Shown here piece after piece: positions 11,301 through 20,224 of a DNA stretch of 61,496 nucleotides (positions are counted from its first letter, which is position 1; each line of letters opens with the position of its first letter). The stretch spans positions 1 to 61,496 of the IMG/VR virus record IMGVR_UViG_3300021963_000137; one strand, written 5' to 3'. The translations under genes and the position numbers were made by a program. The notes under the pieces were generated by a model. It had not been told where the DNA came from and did no database searches. It saw nothing but the letters and a program-made list of their open reading frames with translations. This stretch comes from a virus. Lineage: Duplodnaviria > Caudoviricetes.

Positions 11301-11465
11301 TTTATGACCTAATGTTTGTCCAGCCTTACCAGCAGCTTCTACAAGTTTAATTTCATGTAGTTGTTGTTTACGGGCTTCCTCCCGTTCCATCTTAGCTGTT
11401 TCTCTGGCTTCTTGAGAAGCAAACTTTAAGTACTCTCTGTGTTGTTTAGCAGATAGTGGTCCCAT
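8370..11465 (-). CDS. Internal virion protein
   Basis: 1031 aa; TDTVPAMLTPGEAVI motif, repeated [FY]x[DEN]G[TSV] motifs, coiled-coil region; position in ejection block. Confidence 0.65.
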   Translation of the reverse strand: MGPLSAKQHREYLKFASQEARETAKMEREEARKQQLHEIKLVEAAGKAGQTLGHKEDVHKYKMGTLGAPLKVKSPNPLAGTELFKRGQHMLPYQAEDAAKARKAAKQNTDTVPAMLTPGEAVIPEPAAQDPKNKPIIKRMVQEGRKANKTKKGFLEFRDGSINIVNSDVIPSRVQQAAGYKDGTKKVKGKGLAPDGFRYQNDNPTQGSISYEMPMPKGKGYMGEIPVYNQEISIRPSAMTEYTLDDNKGQYPSLVPTLSNKEVQLITQGQMNDAIANKAAAYRDMRVNAGQSPFSDRLGVKIPVGYTDTLYADGTSAVPQLMNYNEGTIQVPVPSLAYEHSDVPGSSFEDGTERVYDFNRGSSASYHYENGVEDVPESSPILEPTVIAGPVIDYQQKVIPENLVNISTTKDKIEDAVPRSAYPDVTADMKLKDVQAKINGSVSSEFDIPERPFKNVGMEVIEPLPMLAAKPKVVVEGKDRFPVPPPVVAKSVGGNNSTINMPVEPVAFIPDPNAKQAFNAEMQAIIDANEGKIVPPLKPEDDDTRPEYWIKQLKGSQKAVDKAIANKDDESAIDSLKDLFTYKGIKSVLGLNDQEVARLAVATVAGRAMGYDTARALSYGGRQAFETSLRRQAQEEANKRQDKQLAAQAEREDMRTAITLAGQAKADKKAEADRKLNEKRLSLAERKEEARAESEIQYRKFQQLKEDNKWTYEKSAAARKDQEHLSDNLQKYLAMDVSPAVRSQAMSMLKGNFETPEDWMNNMRAVTTYLAANVQHYPPGYGRKNGSGSDDDGEGGGKGKYPKKPDMMLVDGELMPVQYHKGQYQTMDGRLIPFNAVKSIEAHRYEEDTVARKVEALIPEGAKDKDGKPFNAKAVANNSNRILSSIPGGLTIDSKADVMNLAIPQLVESGLQDPDGIRKVIRSNIAKTTSPSDKDLWKPNGKNLSGKSMAEFTNALDRVIQNKYNKDNVVIDDQAAYEALKRAYKNIPADVRTKMEKSGYTQENYSTFQDWAIAETSGLPKWKSYTEPKKK

Positions 11466-11466
11466 T

Positions 11467-11988
11467 TTAAATCCATTTCATTGACTTGGCTAACATTAAT
11501 GCGCCTATACCCCAACCAACTGGTCCCATACTAGCAAGCATACCTGCTTCACCAGCAGCAGCACTACCACCAGCTAATGCAGTAGCTTCAGACATTGCGG
11601 CAGTTTGAGCCGCTGTAGTTGCAGCAGATCCAGCAGCGCCTGTACCTATACCTGCCATAGTGCTTGTTGGTGCAGCAACTGTTGGATAACTAGCCATAAC
11701 ACTCTGTTCTACTACAGGAGCGCCACCAGTACCAATAGGACCAGCTGTCATATCTTTATAGGCACCATAAGCATAATTACCACCTTTTTCAACACCTTTG
11801 TTAATAGCCATACTTCTTAATTGTTCTGCATCTCTATTAGGTTTTTCTTGTATAACCTGTCCTGGCTGCATTTGTTCGTTATTAGCTTGTAAAGGAACAA
11901 TAGTATTAGATAGAGGAGCAGCAACTAAAGGTTGTTGCGCTGATTGTGATGATTGATTTGCCCAATCCCAAGGATCATTGTTAATCAT
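11467..11988 (-). CDS. Small internal virion protein with hydrophobic Gly/Ala-rich C-terminus
   Basis: C-terminal MGPVGWGIGALML segment; gene context. Confidence 0.55.
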   Translation of the reverse strand: MINNDPWDWANQSSQSAQQPLVAAPLSNTIVPLQANNEQMQPGQVIQEKPNRDAEQLRSMAINKGVEKGGNYAYGAYKDMTAGPIGTGGAPVVEQSVMASYPTVAAPTSTMAGIGTGAAGSAATTAAQTAAMSEATALAGGSAAAGEAGMLASMGPVGWGIGALMLAKSMKWI

Positions 11989-12680
11989 TATTTACCTCCA
12001 CCAGTTTGAACTACTTGAGTAGATTGTCTTGCAGGATTACCATAAATACTTGAAGCAAATCGTTGATAGCCTTGCCATGCAGCATCTAATTCTTGTTGAT
12101 CAATAGCTCGTTTTTGTCCACCACTAGACTCTAACATTTTAATTAAGTTAGATTGATCAGAGGATAATGCAGCAGCATTTGTATTTAATCCTTGTTCAGC
12201 AGCAGCTTTATTTTGAATTATTTGTTGAGCAAACTTTGCTTTAGTAGCGTCTTCAGCAGAAGCATTAGCTAAGTTTTGTCTGTAAGAACCTAATGTTCCT
12301 GATGCACCATAGTCTTGACCAATTTTAGCAGCACCCATACCAACATCTAATTCAAGTGCGTTTTTAAGTTGATCAGCTCCACCTGTATTAGCCATGTCTT
12401 CTAAACGAGCACGCTGACCTGTTAATGTTCCTCTATTAGCTGCAACAGCTTTTTCTAAATCAGATAAGCCTGAATCCCAAGCTTTAGCTTGTAAATCACT
12501 TTTACCTGCTACTTTACTTAATTCACCTCTTTCAAAAAGAGTTTGTCCAGTACTTTGAACATTGCGTATCGCTGGTCTAAATTCTTCAGGAATGTTTTCT
12601 GTAGTAACTTCTTTTGTACCACCCCCTCCACCACTACCGCCATAACGCTTTGTAACTTTACCTATTTTCCATTTGCTCAT
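11988..12680 (-). CDS. Ejection/DNA pilot-like protein
   Basis: N-terminal GGSGGGGG, Gln/Ala-rich helical body, C-terminal GGGK; follows the GNAT-like gene. Confidence 0.55.
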   Translation of the reverse strand: MSKWKIGKVTKRYGGSGGGGGTKEVTTENIPEEFRPAIRNVQSTGQTLFERGELSKVAGKSDLQAKAWDSGLSDLEKAVAANRGTLTGQRARLEDMANTGGADQLKNALELDVGMGAAKIGQDYGASGTLGSYRQNLANASAEDATKAKFAQQIIQNKAAAEQGLNTNAAALSSDQSNLIKMLESSGGQKRAIDQQELDAAWQGYQRFASSIYGNPARQSTQVVQTGGGK

Positions 12681-13107
12681 TATATGTTCCTTCTAAATCT
12701 TTTCTCATAACTACGTATGCTTGTTTAAAACCAGGAACATACTTGGGTAATTCTTTTGCCCATCCTGGTCTTCCCCATTGTTCAATAGCTTTACATCCCA
12801 TTTGTTTTGCAAACTTTTCTACAGTGGGAAATACTTTAGATTGCTCTTCAAAATCTTTACCTGCAAAGGCTATAATATGAAGTGTTTTATATTGCGCATA
12901 TTGTATTACTTGTGTTAATGCGGCACCAACAATATTGTTATTGTTGTTACCTATCACCCAACAATGTGTAGTGTTATTAAGTATATTACGCATATGATCA
13001 GTTAAAGTAGATTCACTTTGACCTTTATCTATTGCTTTTTCTAACAAGCTGGAAATAGCAGCCCAGTGTTTTAAAACTAATTCTGGAGGTAGTATTACTA
13101 TTTCCAT
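12658..13107 (-). CDS. GNAT-like virion assembly protein (T7 gp13 position)
   Basis: LHIIAFAG...FAKQMGCKAIEQWGRPGW pattern; precedes ejection proteins. Confidence 0.6.
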   Translation of the reverse strand: MEIVILPPELVLKHWAAISSLLEKAIDKGQSESTLTDHMRNILNNTTHCWVIGNNNNNIVGAALTQVIQYAQYKTLHIIAFAGKDFEEQSKVFPTVEKFAKQMGCKAIEQWGRPGWAKELPKYVPGFKQAYVVMRKDLEGTYNEQMENR

Positions 13108-13131
13108 ACTTATTCCTTTTAATATTATTTG

Positions 13132-13779
13132 TTAATAAAATTCTTCAATGATTACAACGCCAGCAGCTCCTGCTCCTCCAGATTGTCCAGGGTTACCAGA
13201 TTGACCACCACCTCCACCACCGCCATAGGCTTGTCCAGCGCCACCTGCACTATTTAAATTAGCAAGTCCACCACCACCTAAGCTAGAGGATCCACCTATT
13301 CCACCTGGGCCATAAGTACTACCACTATACACATGACCAACTGAACCACCTTGTCCACCAATATTTATATTACCGTTTGATCCTACGCCACCTGCACCAC
13401 CAATACCATATGATGCGCTTGACCCGCCTGTTGCAGAAATTACTGTGATAGGTGAACTTCCAAAAGATGAGGTTCCACCAGCTCCTCCAACTACATATGG
13501 ATGTGTTGAGGACAAAGAGCTTGCTGAATAATAACGGATAGCTGTGCCTCCACCACCTCCTCCAGCGCCGCCAGGAGTAGTACCTCCACTAGTGTTTGTT
13601 CCACCATTACCACCTCCACCAACAACAGTTACTTTTATTGATTTAAGACCTGTAGGCTTTGACCAAGTACCTGATGATGTGTAAACGTTTATAAGGTTAA
13701 CTCCTGTAGATCCAGAAGATGTTTGTGAAGAAGAATCAGGAAATGTTATTCCTGAAGAATTGATTGTTGTTGTTGCCAT
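13132..13779 (-). CDS. Glycine-rich tail fibre/adhesin domain protein
   Basis: YTSSGTWSKP...VTVVGGGG...GAAGVVIIEE pattern of phage glycine-rich domains. Confidence 0.7.
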   Translation of the reverse strand: MATTTINSSGITFPDSSSQTSSGSTGVNLINVYTSSGTWSKPTGLKSIKVTVVGGGGNGGTNTSGGTTPGGAGGGGGGTAIRYYSASSLSSTHPYVVGGAGGTSSFGSSPITVISATGGSSASYGIGGAGGVGSNGNINIGGQGGSVGHVYSGSTYGPGGIGGSSSLGGGGLANLNSAGGAGQAYGGGGGGGQSGNPGQSGGAGAAGVVIIEEFY

Positions 13780-13787
13780 ATTTTTCC

Positions 13788-14150
13788 TTAACTTCCTGAG
13801 ACTGCACCACCAGCACTAATTGAATTATTTGTAGTAATTGCTCCAGTAGAGGCAATAGTTACTAAGGTTGTTGATCCATACTTAATAAGTAAATTACCAC
13901 CTGATTCAGTTATTGAAAAGTTTGTTGATACTAAGCTAGGTGCTGATCCTGTAATACTAATAGGCCATGTTCCTGTTGCTGTTGTACCAGAGTTTGAAGG
14001 TACATTTAAACTTGTTCTAGCATCTGCGGCTGTTGCTGCATTAGTGCCACCTTTAGAAAGAGGAACTACAGCATTTAATACAGTAGGAGGTACTTGACCC
14101 GAAGTATCTACCGAATTAGCAAAATTTGCTAAATTAACTGCTTGTGTCAT
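13788..14150 (-). CDS. Small tail fibre-related protein
   Basis: PLSKGGTNATAADARTSL fibre motif. Confidence 0.55.
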   Translation of the reverse strand: MTQAVNLANFANSVDTSGQVPPTVLNAVVPLSKGGTNAATAADARTSLNVPSNSGTTATGTWPISITGSAPSLVSTNFSITESGGNLLIKYGSTTLVTIASTGAITTNNSISAGGAVSGS

Positions 14151-16290
14151 TTGTTTGACCTTTCACTTGTAAACGTAGTTCATCTATTTGATCTTGCATA
14201 ACTTTGAACATATCTGCTATTGTTGGTTTTTGATCTATTACAACAGGCATATCCATACCTAATACACCCGCAGCGCTTACAGAAGATGCTGATGCTTCGC
14301 CATATTTATTAAATGAACAATATTGGTAAGGTTGTCCTGCAATATTTAATGTACCTATTTCAGTTAAATTGTATGATGTTGATGTTGATCCAGGAATTGA
14401 ATAATCTGATGTTGGCCTTAACAATACCCCATTAAGAAACATTAAATGCGAATTTCTATAATAAGGAGTTGGAAACACTACATTGTTAGAAGATATAATT
14501 GTTTCAGTAATGTTTTCACCAAATATAAGGACACTAGAGGCATTAAAAGAAAAAGTAACTACATCACAATTACCACCTTTAGATGCTGTTCTTAATATAT
14601 ATCCTTGAGCTGTTCCAAAATAATCATAATCACTATCAACAATTAAAGTACCATTTATAAATAATAACTCAGAACCATTAGCAGAAGTTGATGATATATA
14701 AGTTTGTCCATCTGTTAATGTAGAACTAGTTGTTATAAAAGGAACTTTATCAGCAGACGTAGCACCATCAATTAAACGAATATAATATATTGCTATTTTA
14801 TCATTTACTGCACAGGCATTTGTAAATGTTACTGTGGTTGTAGTTCTTGTATAATCAGTCCCTGGCTTAAGAAATGCACCATTCCTAAATACTAATATCT
14901 GATTTGTTTGTGCGTTAGAAAAAGTAAATACTGTTTGTCCTGATGTTGCAGTAGTAAGCATTGAACTAAATAATACTTGATCAGAAGCACCTGTTCTATA
15001 TACTCTACCAAATTGATCTACACCAATAGTAGCTGTTGTAGTAATATCAATATCAAAACCACTAGTAGTTGATCCTTGCCCATATGGTGTTAAATTAACA
15101 TTAGTAATACCAGTAGTGTTAGTATAATAGGAAATATTACCATCAGTAGGGCTTGTAATACCTGTAACAACAGATCCTGTTCTTTGATACATATCAATGT
15201 AATCAATTAAATCAGATTGCTCACATATATTTTGCCAACCAGAATTGTCTGGAGCATTTTGAGTTAAACTAAATTGAACTACATTAGATGAATTAGTTCT
15301 TACCCATAAATTAACTGTAGTTAAAAATGTTCCACCTGCTGCAAACCATGTATAATCAGCAGGATTATTATCTACTGTTAATACATCAGATGCTTGTAAA
15401 CCATAATAAGTTTTACCTGAAGGATTATTACTAATACTTGTTCCTGTAATACTAGTAGCATATTGCACTAATAAATATCTGTATGGTGATTCAATAATAA
15501 GTGGTGCTTCAGATATAATACCAATAGTATCTACTGTGCCTAAGGTTGATACATCTAAATTGAGTACATCCCCTTTGTATTCAAGATATCCTAACGGTCT
15601 TGTTTGTGCAGGTAATACATCAATATTACGCCCACCATAAGCTCTATAATATAGCTCATAAGTGGTTCCAAAGGTAAAAGGTGACCAATCAAACAAAGTT
15701 GGATCTACTGAAGTAGAACCATCAGTGCTTGTATATATACCATAATAAGTTTTATTTGTAGGTGTTGTAGATAAACCTGTGCCTACAGAATCATCTGCAT
15801 ATCTAATAATTAAATATTGATTAAATACTGCAGATGGATTATCTAAATCAATAGATCTTTGAGGTACAATTCTCCATTGTCTGCTATCGTCAGGTGCCTC
15901 TGTAGATACTGCAAATGTTGCAAATCGTCCACCAGTAGTAGCTACCCATAATACTTTACTAATACCAAATCCACCATCAGCTACTTCATACCATGTGTAT
16001 GCTGCTGGATTTAAACTTTCAATAACCGTATCATCATTCCTAACACCAAACCATGTTCTTGAATAAGGGTTATCAGATATATTTGTACCAATAGCATCAT
16101 CAGCATATTTGACATCAAGATATCTATAAAGATAGCCAACAAGATTTCCTGAATTATCAGCTATTGAACCAGTACTAGTATTAGTAGATACTACTGAATT
16201 TGAAATACTAGAATTATTTTGATAATCTAAAAATACTTGAGTTAAAAAAGAATTTAAATCTGTGTTATCCGTGATAGGTGGATTAAGCAT
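14134..16290 (-). CDS. Tail protein with three ~100-aa repeats
   Basis: Three copies of YLxxxYAxxxxGTxxSxxPxxxT[WY][FY]G...P...W; C-terminal beta-rich repeats and short coiled coil. Confidence 0.65.
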   Translation of the reverse strand: MLNPPITDNTDLNSFLTQVFLDYQNNSSISNSVVSTNTSTGSIADNSGNLVGYLYRYLDVKYADDAIGTNISDNPYSRTWFGVRNDDTVIESLNPAAYTWYEVADGGFGISKVLWVATTGGRFATFAVSTEAPDDSRQWRIVPQRSIDLDNPSAVFNQYLIIRYADDSVGTGLSTTPTNKTYYGIYTSTDGSTSVDPTLFDWSPFTFGTTYELYYRAYGGRNIDVLPAQTRPLGYLEYKGDVLNLDVSTLGTVDTIGIISEAPLIIESPYRYLLVQYATSITGTSISNNPSGKTYYGLQASDVLTVDNNPADYTWFAAGGTFLTTVNLWVRTNSSNVVQFSLTQNAPDNSGWQNICEQSDLIDYIDMYQRTGSVVTGITSPTDGNISYYTNTTGITNVNLTPYGQGSTTSGFDIDITTTATIGVDQFGRVYRTGASDQVLFSSMLTTATSGQTVFTFSNAQTNQILVFRNGAFLKPGTDYTRTTTTVTFTNACAVNDKIAIYYIRLIDGATSADKVPFITTSSTLTDGQTYISSTSANGSELLFINGTLIVDSDYDYFGTAQGYILRTASKGGNCDVVTFSFNASSVLIFGENITETIISSNNVVFPTPYYRNSHLMFLNGVLLRPTSDYSIPGSTSTSYNLTEIGTLNIAGQPYQYCSFNKYGEASASSVSAAGVLGMDMPVVIDQKPTIADMFKVMQDQIDELRLQVKGQTNDTSS

Positions 16291-16291
16291 T

Positions 16292-17833
16292 TTATCTCCT
16301 ATCTATTTGTTTAGAATCAAGTGACATAGTAGCTAAACGCCAATAGCCAGTGGTTGTTATTCTGTAATTCATTACACGACCATATACTCTTGGATCAACT
16401 TTGTAACCCTGAGATTTTTCATTGTTAGGTAAAAATGTAAATGTATCTTTTAAATCAGGATCATCTATTGATAAATCAATATTATCTACATAATTGTTTT
16501 GCCCTATTACTCTTATAGTAATACTTGCATTACTAGGTACTTGATCAAATATAGGATACACAGAACTAATCATTGTACTTCCAGTAACATCCCCTGTGTT
16601 TAATTTTTTCTTTTCAATATAAGATGTATATGCGACTAATGCTGAACCATTCCACATTAAATAATTGCTATCTGTTACTAATGTTTGTGTTGTATTAGTA
16701 CACATGTATATTACTTCAGTTCCATATTGAAATGTAGTAGATACATTAGCAGGACCAGTAAATGCGTAAGTTAAAGATGGTAATGTTCTTTTAGACCATG
16801 TGTTATTTTTGTAATTAAACACTAAAGCTTCATTACATACTGTAGAAGAGCCTTTAGGGTAGTTAATCCATATTTCTTTATAAAAAGAATTTTTAACTAG
16901 ATGTACTTTATTAATATAATTTTTATTTAAATTATTAAAGAAATATTTTTTAATTCTAAAGTCAGCAATAGACTCAATAGCGCCTGAACCATTATGTGTG
17001 TATATATCATTACGATCAACAACAAAATGTTTACCATCAACTTCAATAACACAATCAGTACTTAAAATACCATATGACTTACTATAAGGAGATACTCTAG
17101 TATTAGCACCAATAGTAAGTATGTTAATACAATCAGAAGAATATATGTACATATTTCCTCTTAGCTCACACATATCTAAGATAGGAGATGTAGAGCTTAT
17201 TTCAAATTCATCTGCTGTGTCTGTTGTAAAACCTGGTTGCCATACAGAAGGTACTGAGCCTGTAGCAGCTTGAACTGATACTCTAACAGTGCTAGGTGCA
17301 TAAGTTAAAATACCACTTTGATTTAATGTTAAGTTAGCTGCAACTAATGAGTAACCTAATGATCTAATAACTTTAGCTGTTACTGTTAAACCTGATACAT
17401 AATTCCATCCTGGTAATGGTTGAAAGGTATTATCTGCAGAAAGACTGCCATATAAACAATATAATGGAGTAGTAGCACCATTGTTAAGAATAACGGCATA
17501 ACCACCATTAAATAAAGTACCTTGCCAATCACTATTTGTATATGATCCAGACCCACTAGAAAACATAGATGAAGTATTTCCAGCAGAATCTACTCTAACT
17601 ATATTTCCATTTTTAGCAAATATATTGTACCCTGTGTCTGGTCTTCTCCAATGAATTCCATAGTCAGGTGCAATAGCAACAGTTCTGGAAGTGGTTTCCC
17701 CAGTAGTTGCTTGTACAGACTCGTCATCAAATCTTATATTTAGTACGTCTGTAAAAGTGTTCATTGGTAGGATCATAGGAGGCATATCTGCGTTCCACCC
17801 ACCCCTACCAAATTGTTCTATAGGTGTAGCCAT
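16292..17833 (-). CDS. Tail nozzle/stabilisation protein (T7 gp12 / P22 gp10-like)
   Basis: 513 aa, beta-propeller-like composition; EIWINYP...ALVFNYKNNTWS motif. Confidence 0.65.
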   Translation of the reverse strand: MATPIEQFGRGGWNADMPPMILPMNTFTDVLNIRFDDESVQATTGETTSRTVAIAPDYGIHWRRPDTGYNIFAKNGNIVRVDSAGNTSSMFSSGSGSYTNSDWQGTLFNGGYAVILNNGATTPLYCLYGSLSADNTFQPLPGWNYVSGLTVTAKVIRSLGYSLVAANLTLNQSGILTYAPSTVRVSVQAATGSVPSVWQPGFTTDTADEFEISSTSPILDMCELRGNMYIYSSDCINILTIGANTRVSPYSKSYGILSTDCVIEVDGKHFVVDRNDIYTHNGSGAIESIADFRIKKYFFNNLNKNYINKVHLVKNSFYKEIWINYPKGSSTVCNEALVFNYKNNTWSKRTLPSLTYAFTGPANVSTTFQYGTEVIYMCTNTTQTLVTDSNYLMWNGSALVAYTSYIEKKKLNTGDVTGSTMISSVYPIFDQVPSNASITIRVIGQNNYVDNIDLSIDDPDLKDTFTFLPNNEKSQGYKVDPRVYGRVMNYRITTTGYWRLATMSLDSKQIDRR

Positions 17834-17856
17834 TAGGTTCTTCCTTTGTTTTGTTT

Positions 17857-17874
17857 CCTATTAGGGGTCTTCTA
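17857..17874 (-). promoter_or_regulatory. Candidate phage RNAP promoter (variant GACCCCTAATAGG)
   Basis: One mismatch to the GTCCCCTAATAG core; intergenic, upstream of the tail/ejection block. Confidence 0.65.
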
Positions 17875-18336
17875 CGGTTGTAAGCCTTTAAGGTAAACTG
17901 TTTTACCATTTTGTTTTACAGCAGTTAAACACTCACATTTAAGATTATTAGGGTCATATGATACGTGTACCCATCCTGAGTCAGGTATCCCTTGTGTATA
18001 AAATTCAAGAATTAATTGTGTAAATTTAAAGTTGTCTTTAATATATTGAGCTAGGTCACCATTAGCTACACCTACAACCTCGATATCCGCAGCCATACCT
18101 TTACAATGGTCTGATGTCTTTGACCCGCCTACAGCAGCATTAGATTCAGGTGAACGATAAGCACTATTAACAGTTACTTTACCATAGTGGTCTCTCACAG
18201 GCTGTAATACCTTTTCACATAATACTTTTAAATTATTTAATGCAGTATCATCAGGAGTATTATCTAAGCCCAGTCTTGTGGCTGTTTCTGATTTAGTTAA
18301 TTCTTTTAAAGAAAAGTTAGTGCTTAACTGGGTCAT
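17872..18336 (-). CDS. Endolysin, peptidase M15A family
   Basis: SAYRS...N..VGG...SDHCKGMAADI and WVHVS zinc-ligand motifs. Confidence 0.9.
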   Translation of the reverse strand: MTQLSTNFSLKELTKSETATRLGLDNTPDDTALNNLKVLCEKVLQPVRDHYGKVTVNSAYRSPESNAAVGGSKTSDHCKGMAADIEVVGVANGDLAQYIKDNFKFTQLILEFYTQGIPDSGWVHVSYDPNNLKCECLTAVKQNGKTVYLKGLQP

Positions 18337-18799
18337 TTAATTTATCCTTAATTTCATTATATTGACTGATACAAACATTTAATTTACGAATAGCAGTGTC
18401 ACCCTCTGCAACTATTGAGATAAGATCTTGAGCAACCTGTCTGTCAAGTTCGGCTCGTGTTTCTCCTGAGTTACTTCTACTGGGAGTGGAGGTATCTGAG
18501 GTGGTTGATACACTACAGTCGGGGGCTTTGGTGGAGATAGGAAGGAACAACTTGCGCTCACCATTAGCAACGGCAACACGAAGGTTAGCAATTTTCTTTT
18601 CAGCATCTTTTTCTTTCTTTCTTAATACAGTAGCATATGTTGTTGCCACTTCACCCATCTGTTTTTCTTTTTCTCTGGCAACATCATTTGCGGCAGATAC
18701 TTGTAGTGCTGTCTCTACTCCTGCATCATAGCTACCTTTCCAATACCCTAAACCAAGGGCTATTAGTATAGCTATAATACATGCTAATATTGTTTTCAT
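18317..18799 (-). CDS. Rz-like inner-membrane spanin (start revised to 18799)
   Basis: N-terminal TM segment MKTILACIIAILIALGLGYW, coiled coil, C-terminal Cys; contains an embedded lipoprotein ORF. Confidence 0.8.
   Translation of the reverse strand: MKTILACIIAILIALGLGYWKGSYDAGVETALQVSAANDVAREKEKQMGEVATTYATVLRKKEKDAEKKIANLRVAVANGERKLFLPISTKAPDCSVSTTSDTSTPSRSNSGETRAELDRQVAQDLISIVAEGDTAIRKLNVCISQYNEIKDKLNDPVKH
18412..18606 (-). CDS. Rz1-like outer-membrane spanin embedded in Rz
   Basis: Lipoprotein signal ending SASC, Pro-rich mature part, fully nested in another frame. Confidence 0.8.
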   Translation of the reverse strand: MLKRKLLTFVLPLLMVSASCSFLSPPKPPTVVYQPPQIPPLPVEVTQEKHEPNLTDRLLKILSQ

Positions 18800-19122
18800 T
18801 CTCCGTGCATCTTTCCTCTGGTATACGCTTGAGCAGCCATAAACGCAACAACAATAGTAGTCATACCAGCACAATAAGTAGTTAATAATCCTGTTAATGC
18901 AGATACTTTATCTAACATAAATAAACTAGAACCAAATAGAATAGTAAGTACAACAGGGAGTCCTAAAGCAAACCATGCCATAATACGCTGTTGATCAGCC
19001 ATTTTATCCATGTTCTCAATCATCATCATTCGTTCTGAACGAGACAATTCTTCATCACTTACAATACCATCTTTGTCACTGTCAAACTGATTGTATACTG
19101 AATCTTTTTCTAGTTGCTTCAT
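18796..19122 (-). CDS. Holin-like two-TM protein with N-terminal EF-hand-like loop
   Basis: Two hydrophobic helices; DSDKDGIVSDEE; upstream of spanins and endolysin. Confidence 0.6.
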   Translation of the reverse strand: MKQLEKDSVYNQFDSDKDGIVSDEELSRSERMMMIENMDKMADQQRIMAWFALGLPVVLTILFGSSLFMLDKVSALTGLLTTYCAGMTTIVVAFMAAQAYTRGKMHGE

Positions 19123-19298
19123 TAATTATCCTTTGATTTTGATTGTTTACGTTCTATTTGTTTTTGTATTTGTTCTGTCTTTTGAAGAAGTGCTTGAGCC
19201 TTAAGCTCTGTTTCATATGCCCTAGAAAACAATAAAGCACCTATAGGCAATAATATAGTAACTAATACACAAGCAGCAACCCATCCTAAATACCACAT
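19122..19298 (-). CDS. Small membrane protein (start revised to MWYLGW)
   Basis: GAGGAG RBS before the ATG at 19298; TM segment then short coiled coil. Confidence 0.55.
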   Translation of the reverse strand: MWYLGWVAACVLVTILLPIGALLFSRAYETELKAQALLQKTEQIQKQIERKQSKSKDN

Positions 19299-19309
19299 TG
19301 GAGACTCCT

Positions 19310-19996
19310 CTAAAGGGTTAGGTACAGGAACCACAGGTGGAGGTATCCAGCTAGGAATATCACTGCCAACACCCATGCTACTGTTATTTTTGTTTGTTTT
19401 TCTAACTGCCTTTGTTGCCATAGCTCCTGCCTCTTCTTAGCTTCTTCTTTTAGCCTTGCTTGGGTTTGCTCCTCTTCAATTTTGTCTCTCATACCAAACA
19501 CTTCAGAGTACAACGCCCCCATTTCTGGTGGGCTTTGATACACCATGCACTCTCTAATTTGAATAACTAAACTGTCCATTTCTTGTTGTGCCATTACTCG
19601 GTTAAGTGCTGACTCCATTAAGTTCTGATCAGGATCATAGACATTCTTTGACTTCTCTTCCTCTTCCCTGATGTGTGCTGCTAATTGTTCTTGGAGCTTA
19701 AAGAATTCTGTAAGGTTTTTAACGATGTCAACTTTGACTTGAGTTTCGTCAACAGCAACATAGTCAGATTTTTTAGATTTAACAGCAGGTTTTGCAACTT
19801 GAGTTTTAGGTTTGTTATCAAAGAACCCAACAAGCGTTGCCCATATTCCTTTGACCTCTTTGCCAATGGCAACAACTTCATCAGCAGTTCTTTTAATCTC
19901 AACAAAAGACTCTTTAGCTTGCTTGTAAAGATCACACCCAGCTTGGATATTTTTAACCAAACCAGCCGCAAGGAGGCAAATACTGATAGGATCAAT
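19310..19996 (-). CDS. Coiled-coil protein with C-terminal TM segment (probable ATT start)
   Basis: Frame open upstream of 19960 to ATT-GAT-CCT-ATC (xDPISI), preceded by GGGGTG. Confidence 0.65.
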   Translation of the reverse strand: MDPISICLLAAGLVKNIQAGCDLYKQAKESFVEIKRTADEVVAIGKEVKGIWATLVGFFDNKPKTQVAKPAVKSKKSDYVAVDETQVKVDIVKNLTEFFKLQEQLAAHIREEEEKSKNVYDPDQNLMESALNRVMAQQEMDSLVIQIRECMVYQSPPEMGALYSEVFGMRDKIEEEQTQARLKEEAKKRQELWQQRQLEKQTKITVAWVLAVIFLAGYLHLWFLYLTL

Positions 19997-19997
19997 T

Positions 19998-20207
19998 TCA
20001 CACCCCTATTAAATGTTTAATAAATTCTGCTGCAGTACCTGGACCTAATAATACACATAGCATTACGCCATAAAGTAAATATTCAATTTTAGTCATACGA
20101 GCAGCACCATCAGAAAGGCTTTTAGATATATTAGCATATCTTTCTGCGCACACTTGTTCGTGTGTCATTAACTTAGCTTCTGTTATTGTTACAGTAGTAT
20201 CTGACAT
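19998..20207 (-). CDS. Small membrane protein of the lysis region
   Basis: HEQVCAERY motif plus C-terminal TM segment. Confidence 0.6.
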   Translation of the reverse strand: MSDTTVTITEAKLMTHEQVCAERYANISKSLSDGAARMTKIEYLLYGVMLCVLLGPGTAAEFIKHLIGV

Positions 20208-20224
20208 TATTCTAATCCTTTAAT

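Noticed and set aside
680-11820. Short plus-strand ORFs opposite the internal virion genes
   Set aside because: Antisense shadows of long genes, without RBS or protein-like motifs
19681-20001. 106-aa Leu/Lys-rich ORF as an independent gene
   Set aside because: Composition typical of an off-frame shadow; kept only as part of the ATT-start observation
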